Source of the DNA: Marsupella aquatica
Taxonomy: Eukaryota > Plantae > Marchantiophyta
NCBI GenBank assembly: GCA_973895155.1
Contig: OZ316894.1
Coordinates: 18,824,805 to 18,888,804, forward strand
Direction: 5' to 3'
Length of the DNA stretch: 64,000 nt
The translations under genes and the position numbers were made by a program. The notes under the pieces were generated by a model. It saw only the letters and a list, made by a program, of their open reading frames with translations, was not told the origin of the DNA and made no database searches. This document shows, in pieces, positions 59,201-64,000 of the stretch (position 1 is its first letter; each line of letters begins with the position of its first letter).

Positions 59201-62200
59201 AGCAAGTTGCCGAAAAAAATCAGTACAATGCTTCAAGGCTACTGTGCTCTTCTCGTACGTTTAGATACACGAGTTGAAAGAAGGAAAGCCTTCACTCTCC
59301 TCCATTCCATTGTACGCTGGAAATCAAAGTTCTTCCACTCGAGAGGCAGACAAAGACTTACTGCTTTAGTGCTGCGTGATGCTCAAACAGCAACTTGAGA
59401 TTTTTCGTGCTAGGCTCATACAAATAGCTCTCTGAAGTTCCATTGTCAATTTCGTACGTTACCACCCATCTGTGTGACGACACCCCACATTAATACAAAT
59501 TGACTTCAAACACTTTCCAAATGAGATGTACAAACTAATTTGAAACTCCAGTGCTGAGCAAAAACTCGGCATGAAACCACTATACCCATCGCACGAAATT
59601 TTATTTCTCGCAGAGACCAACGATGAAGTAAAGAGAAATACTTTTTATTTGTGCGGTCTCTGCTGCCAATAAACATGTTGCCTGTCCTGAAGCTTGTGAG
59701 TAGGTCAAAATCCTCCTGTACACTGAAAACCAGTAAATAGGTCATAACTGGCTGCCATTTTTGGAATCTACGAGCGCTGAACGTCCAATGAATGCATGTA
59801 TCAATGTTTGCATCCAACGATTGGTCCTTGGCTATATCATCCAGTTAAGAGGATGTTAACAATCCTATACAATCCCCAACAGAGTGCAGATCTGACTATT
59901 TCTCGACTTGAACTTGACAACGAAGGAGCATATATGGTTGACATTCTTGGACAACCAGCTCCGCCATCCTGCTTTGGTGTGAAGCTATTCCCACATTGTC
60001 GTTTCAGCTCCTTAGAACCAGGTAAGATATATCCGAGCCACTGTACACGGGAGTTCACGACGGATCTATGTCCTTCAATCCTCAGCCACGCCAGAGGTTA
60101 TCATTCATCAAATTGTATTACCTCTTAATGCAAGCCACAGGACACCCTATCGATAAACCGCTATAGAATCTGTCACATTACGGGCTGTGACATTCGACAC
60201 TCACAAATCTTACCTCTTGTCAAGAACAGTCCATTTCAGCTTGTCATAGATGAATCCAACAGCAAGAAATTCCTTTGTTTTGAAGTCCATGAAGAGAACT
60301 TTGGATGGATCACCCCTGAAGCCCATAAAGTCACTCTTGGGATCTGATGCAATGACTCTTTCAAAAGACCCATCCTCGGTGTTCATCTGCTCATAGACCC
60401 AGTACAAACAAAGAGAATTACACTTCAGGATCATGATCAATAGATTACGAATTTCTTCCTAAGAATTCTTATAATTAGACACTCCAGGCCCATTCATTCT
60501 CATATACGGCAAATTACAGGTAACAGTCGACGAAGACAGACCCTTGGTAAGGGCTCAGGTACGCCAGCTTAGATCAGCCTCGCAGACACTACATCTTAGG
60601 AGCATAAAGCATCGCATGGTAAATCAAGGGAGATCCATCAAATATATTCAACAGCAACTTCTTCGAATCGTGCAATTTGTAATTGTACCAGAATCAAACG
60701 ATTCGTTGGCGAATTTAGCGATGATATAATATACAGCTTTTTGGGGTCGCTCGCAAATCCAAACTGGATAGCACAGTACGAAAGTGAGTCAGTAAACTGA
60801 TCAGCATAATCATACTTTCATGTGAACCAATGCCCCTCAGTAGAATCATTGAATCCATACTTAAATTCAGAGTGCACGGGAGCCCAATCAAGCCATGGGA
60901 CGCCAGCGGGAGTTGCATTTATCATTATGCACATAAGATATTTATAACATATTGACCAACATTACAAGGTCAACAATTCATGGCATCGGGAAAACTGTTT
61001 CTCACCAGGGATCCGAATTCTTCTTTTGACCATTTCAGGACATCTCTCCACTCTGAATCAACTGTGTCTCGAACACGGATGGTATAGCTACCATCTGACA
61101 GATGAAAGTGAAGAGCAGCCCGAATGTGAAAGTTGCTATCACATAGCCATTCCTGGACATCTCCAGGATTCTTGGTATCCAGAACAGTCTCCCCTGTTTT
61201 GATGTTGATTTTATACTGCAGATAACACTATCAGTAAGTATCGAGAGTTGGGATTTTTCAAATTGTCGAAAACATCCACCAAGAATTTAGTAAGAAGGCA
61301 ACACGCCACAGCCATCTCAGATAATATAACAATCCAAACGGTAGCTAACACTAGTCCAAAATTAAACCGGTTACATATATACGAAACGAAGTACTTGATG
61401 TTCTTTATTCCTTAATGATCTGTATTGTTCTTGGAAGACGGCCATTTACCACATCCAAATCACTCTTGTCCTCGATGTTCATCAGAAAGAACATCTCATA
61501 GGGATGTAGTCCACTGATACTGCTGGGTAATAATCTTGAGTGAATGTTGTGATGAGGAGTCAAATCCCTGATTTTACCAGTAGAGAGTTCCACTGCAAAA
61601 TGATGAAAGTCCTCATCACCTGCAATTCAGGACAACACTTTTCAGTCATCGTCTCAATCGGGAGTCAAGACTTGGAAAGGATAGCAAGGAGCTCAACAAT
61701 CGCCTTAACTATTCACTACAACTGCCACTGACACAGAGAGATGAACGTGTTCATAAGATTTGAAATGCACCCTTGCCAACTTCTCAGTTTAGGGTGAAAT
61801 AGAAAAGGCAATTCGTAAAGATTTACTGGGGTGACAATTTAAATACAGACGTTATAGTCAGGTGAAGGGAAAGCAATTGATCTTTATCGAGGAAGAACTA
61901 ACTACCTCCATTATCTTGTTTATAAATGATGTACTCTCCAGAGGGACTCCATAAGAACCAGCGAATCTGAACAAACAATTAATGAAAAAAGCGTTCAGTT
62001 TATGACAACGAAATGCAATTCATGTTAGCGTATCCGAGAACGGATGCAAAGGAAAGGCTTACAGTAAAGTTACAACGAATGACAATGAACGGAAAGCAAG
62101 AGCAAACACGAATCAGTGGAGACCGACGCGGAGTAAATGAAACAATACCCCTCGGTGAGTTTCCTTGGTGACTTGTTCCGCCTCCTCGTGCTTTCCTTCG

Positions 62201-63190
62201 AGAGGACGAACAAACTGCCACACATGAAAGCACTATTAGAAGAGACATATTTAAATCAACTTTTCCACCATAGGAACAAAATTAGAAGAAAAACAAATTG
62301 GTCAGTCTCCATGAATGGAAAATTGAGCTCGTACTAATTTGGGACTGCAAAGATCCCGCGACTAGAAATGTCAAATCAAAAACTGACACCATCCCGGTCG
62401 AAACCAACATCCGATGGTCACCAGGCAATGGCAACCAACTGGTTCCGCCCAGTTCAGACCTTCTGCTATCCCAAGCTTCACAATGCTGCCATCACCACCG
62501 AAGACGCTACGTCTCAAGGACAAAGTACTTACCACATTTGAAACCTGATCCGGGGACGGAGCCAAGTAGGCCAAGAATTTCCCATCCGAAGAAAGCCTTG
62601 GTTGTTCCTGCTGGTAACCGAAGAGAATTTCCGTCGGAATCAACTCAGGGCCTGCATCGATCGTGCAATCACCCATTTATGCCATTGTGATCCCAAGACA
62701 TTCATAGCTGGAAAGAGACGATACCTGTGATAGCTCTAGTATCGATGGCCTTAAATGTACAACTACTGAGGAGTGATGGAGGACCGCACACCTATGCCTT
62801 TGCCATTCCCATTGGTCTTGAGATCAGCATTGCCGTGCACGTCAGAGACGGTCATTATGGCGCTCCCTCCCTGGCAAGTTTTGTCAACTCTCTTCCAGCC
62901 TCGTCAAGTATGCACTTATACGGATTGTCTGCCAAATTTCCACACAATGCCGCCGAATTCTTAGCATCCAAATGACAAGTCGATCAGTCCATCCTTCAGC
63001 TCAACAAAGTCTAATCAACGGCATATTTGACCTTTTGTAATGCAATAACATCCCAATATACAAATCTCCATACAGATCTGGAGACAAGAGATTGGGAGTG
63101 AAATTCACTAAAAGTCCAGAGAAAATCGAATCGAGACAAAGGACGGCTGAACCGGCTTCGCCCACTCATTATCTTCTCATCACTTGGCAT
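56277..63190 (-). CDS. S9-family serine peptidase (dipeptidyl aminopeptidase / acylaminoacyl-peptidase-like), ~19 short exons
   Basis: Exons assembled by hand with GT-AG sites give PELIPTEILFG..SSDGKFLAYLAP (62651-62533), RARDGLNIPVYLTLP, HGGPWFRD, ASRGYACLQVQYRGS, GISFGG (exon 58223-58100), GGND and KDE|GH (last exon 56426-56277), a complete Ser-Asp-His triad. The first exon (ATG 63190, MPSDEKIM) is tentative. Confidence 0.9.
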
Positions 63191-64000
63191 AATTTTCCAA
63201 TCTGTCAGCTCATGTCGCGTGCAAAAAGGCGAATCAATGAGTTCTAAAGTCCCGATCCAGGCTAGAAATTAAAATCACAAATGAGAAACTGGCACAGAGG
63301 ACCTGAAGAAGAGACGGCCGACTACATTACAATCGCGGGTACAATCACACGAAAAGTATCGGAGGATCGGATTGGAACCGATTTTCTCAATAAGAGAGAA
63401 CGCACGGACAAGAGAAGACAGAGAGACAAAGACAGAATCGTGAAACCGGTCCACTACACCAACCTGAAACACACCACTTCTCCCACTTCTCAAAGCTTCG
63501 GATCTTCCCCAGTCAGTGAAAGCAGAGCTGGAGGAGAGGGTGCGCAAAGGAAAGGCTTCCCGAGCCTGTGAACAGCAGAGCTGGAGGAGAGGTGAGCAAA
63601 GGAGAGGCGGCTCGGCTCCTCTCACAAAATGCCTGTCCGATCCAATGCCTCCAAAAAGGAACAGGAGGGAGAAGCGGACAGGGGACCACACGGCAAGAGC
63701 AATACTAGACTGTTTCAGAATTGATCAAAACGAGGGAGACACCTCCAAATGTCGCCCCGAAAACGACCAAGTATGGAGAAATTCCTCACAAGCACGATGC
63801 AGCACCGTCAACCTTCCCAAACCTGCCCACCTCGTCGTCGGTAACACGACCCAGTACACTAAGGACGGAAATAATGGACTCCGAGGGGGACCCAGTGAAT
63901 CACGAATCGCATAGCACTCCCTCCTGCACGACGGAATCAGCCCCGTCAATGGGCAGCACACAGCTATTGCTACAGTCTGTATGATATAATAGCACTTTAT

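Noticed and set aside
60815-60860. Apparent S9 peptidase exon with an in-frame TGA (readthrough or selenocysteine)
   Set aside because: The neighbouring exon 60763-60689 (FGFASDPKKLYIISSLNSPTNRLIL) fits phase and homology, so this stretch is intronic.
63275-63984. Overlapping ORFs at the window end
   Set aside because: No recognisable domain; more consistent with the 5'UTR or promoter of the S9 peptidase gene.

Overview
This is eukaryotic nuclear DNA from a land plant. Gene content, long UTRs and zf-RVT LINE debris suggest a bryophyte, possibly a liverwort (inference). Six genes look intact: an RMD5/GID2-type RING E3 subunit (+), RNA polymerase subunit RPB8 (+), a 3-exon BAHD acyltransferase (+), an AT-hook/coiled-coil/C3HC4 RING protein (-), an ATX1-type copper chaperone (-) and a roughly 19-exon S9 serine peptidase of bacterial type (-). 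There is also a B3-domain gene with an unresolved 5' end (+) and a disrupted UDP-glucuronate 4-epimerase pseudogene at the window start. Intergenic and intronic DNA is full of nested transposon remains: LINE fragments, solo LTRs, Helitrons, a 1-kb foldback element and satellites. The most unusual signal is three sequence-unrelated non-coding segments (about 16.47-17.2 kb, 28.5-29.5 kb, and 34.9-37.0 kb once a nested element is removed). By eye, each folds into a large branched RNA structure whose non-Watson-Crick pairs are G-U on the + strand. All folding was done manually and needs computational confirmation.
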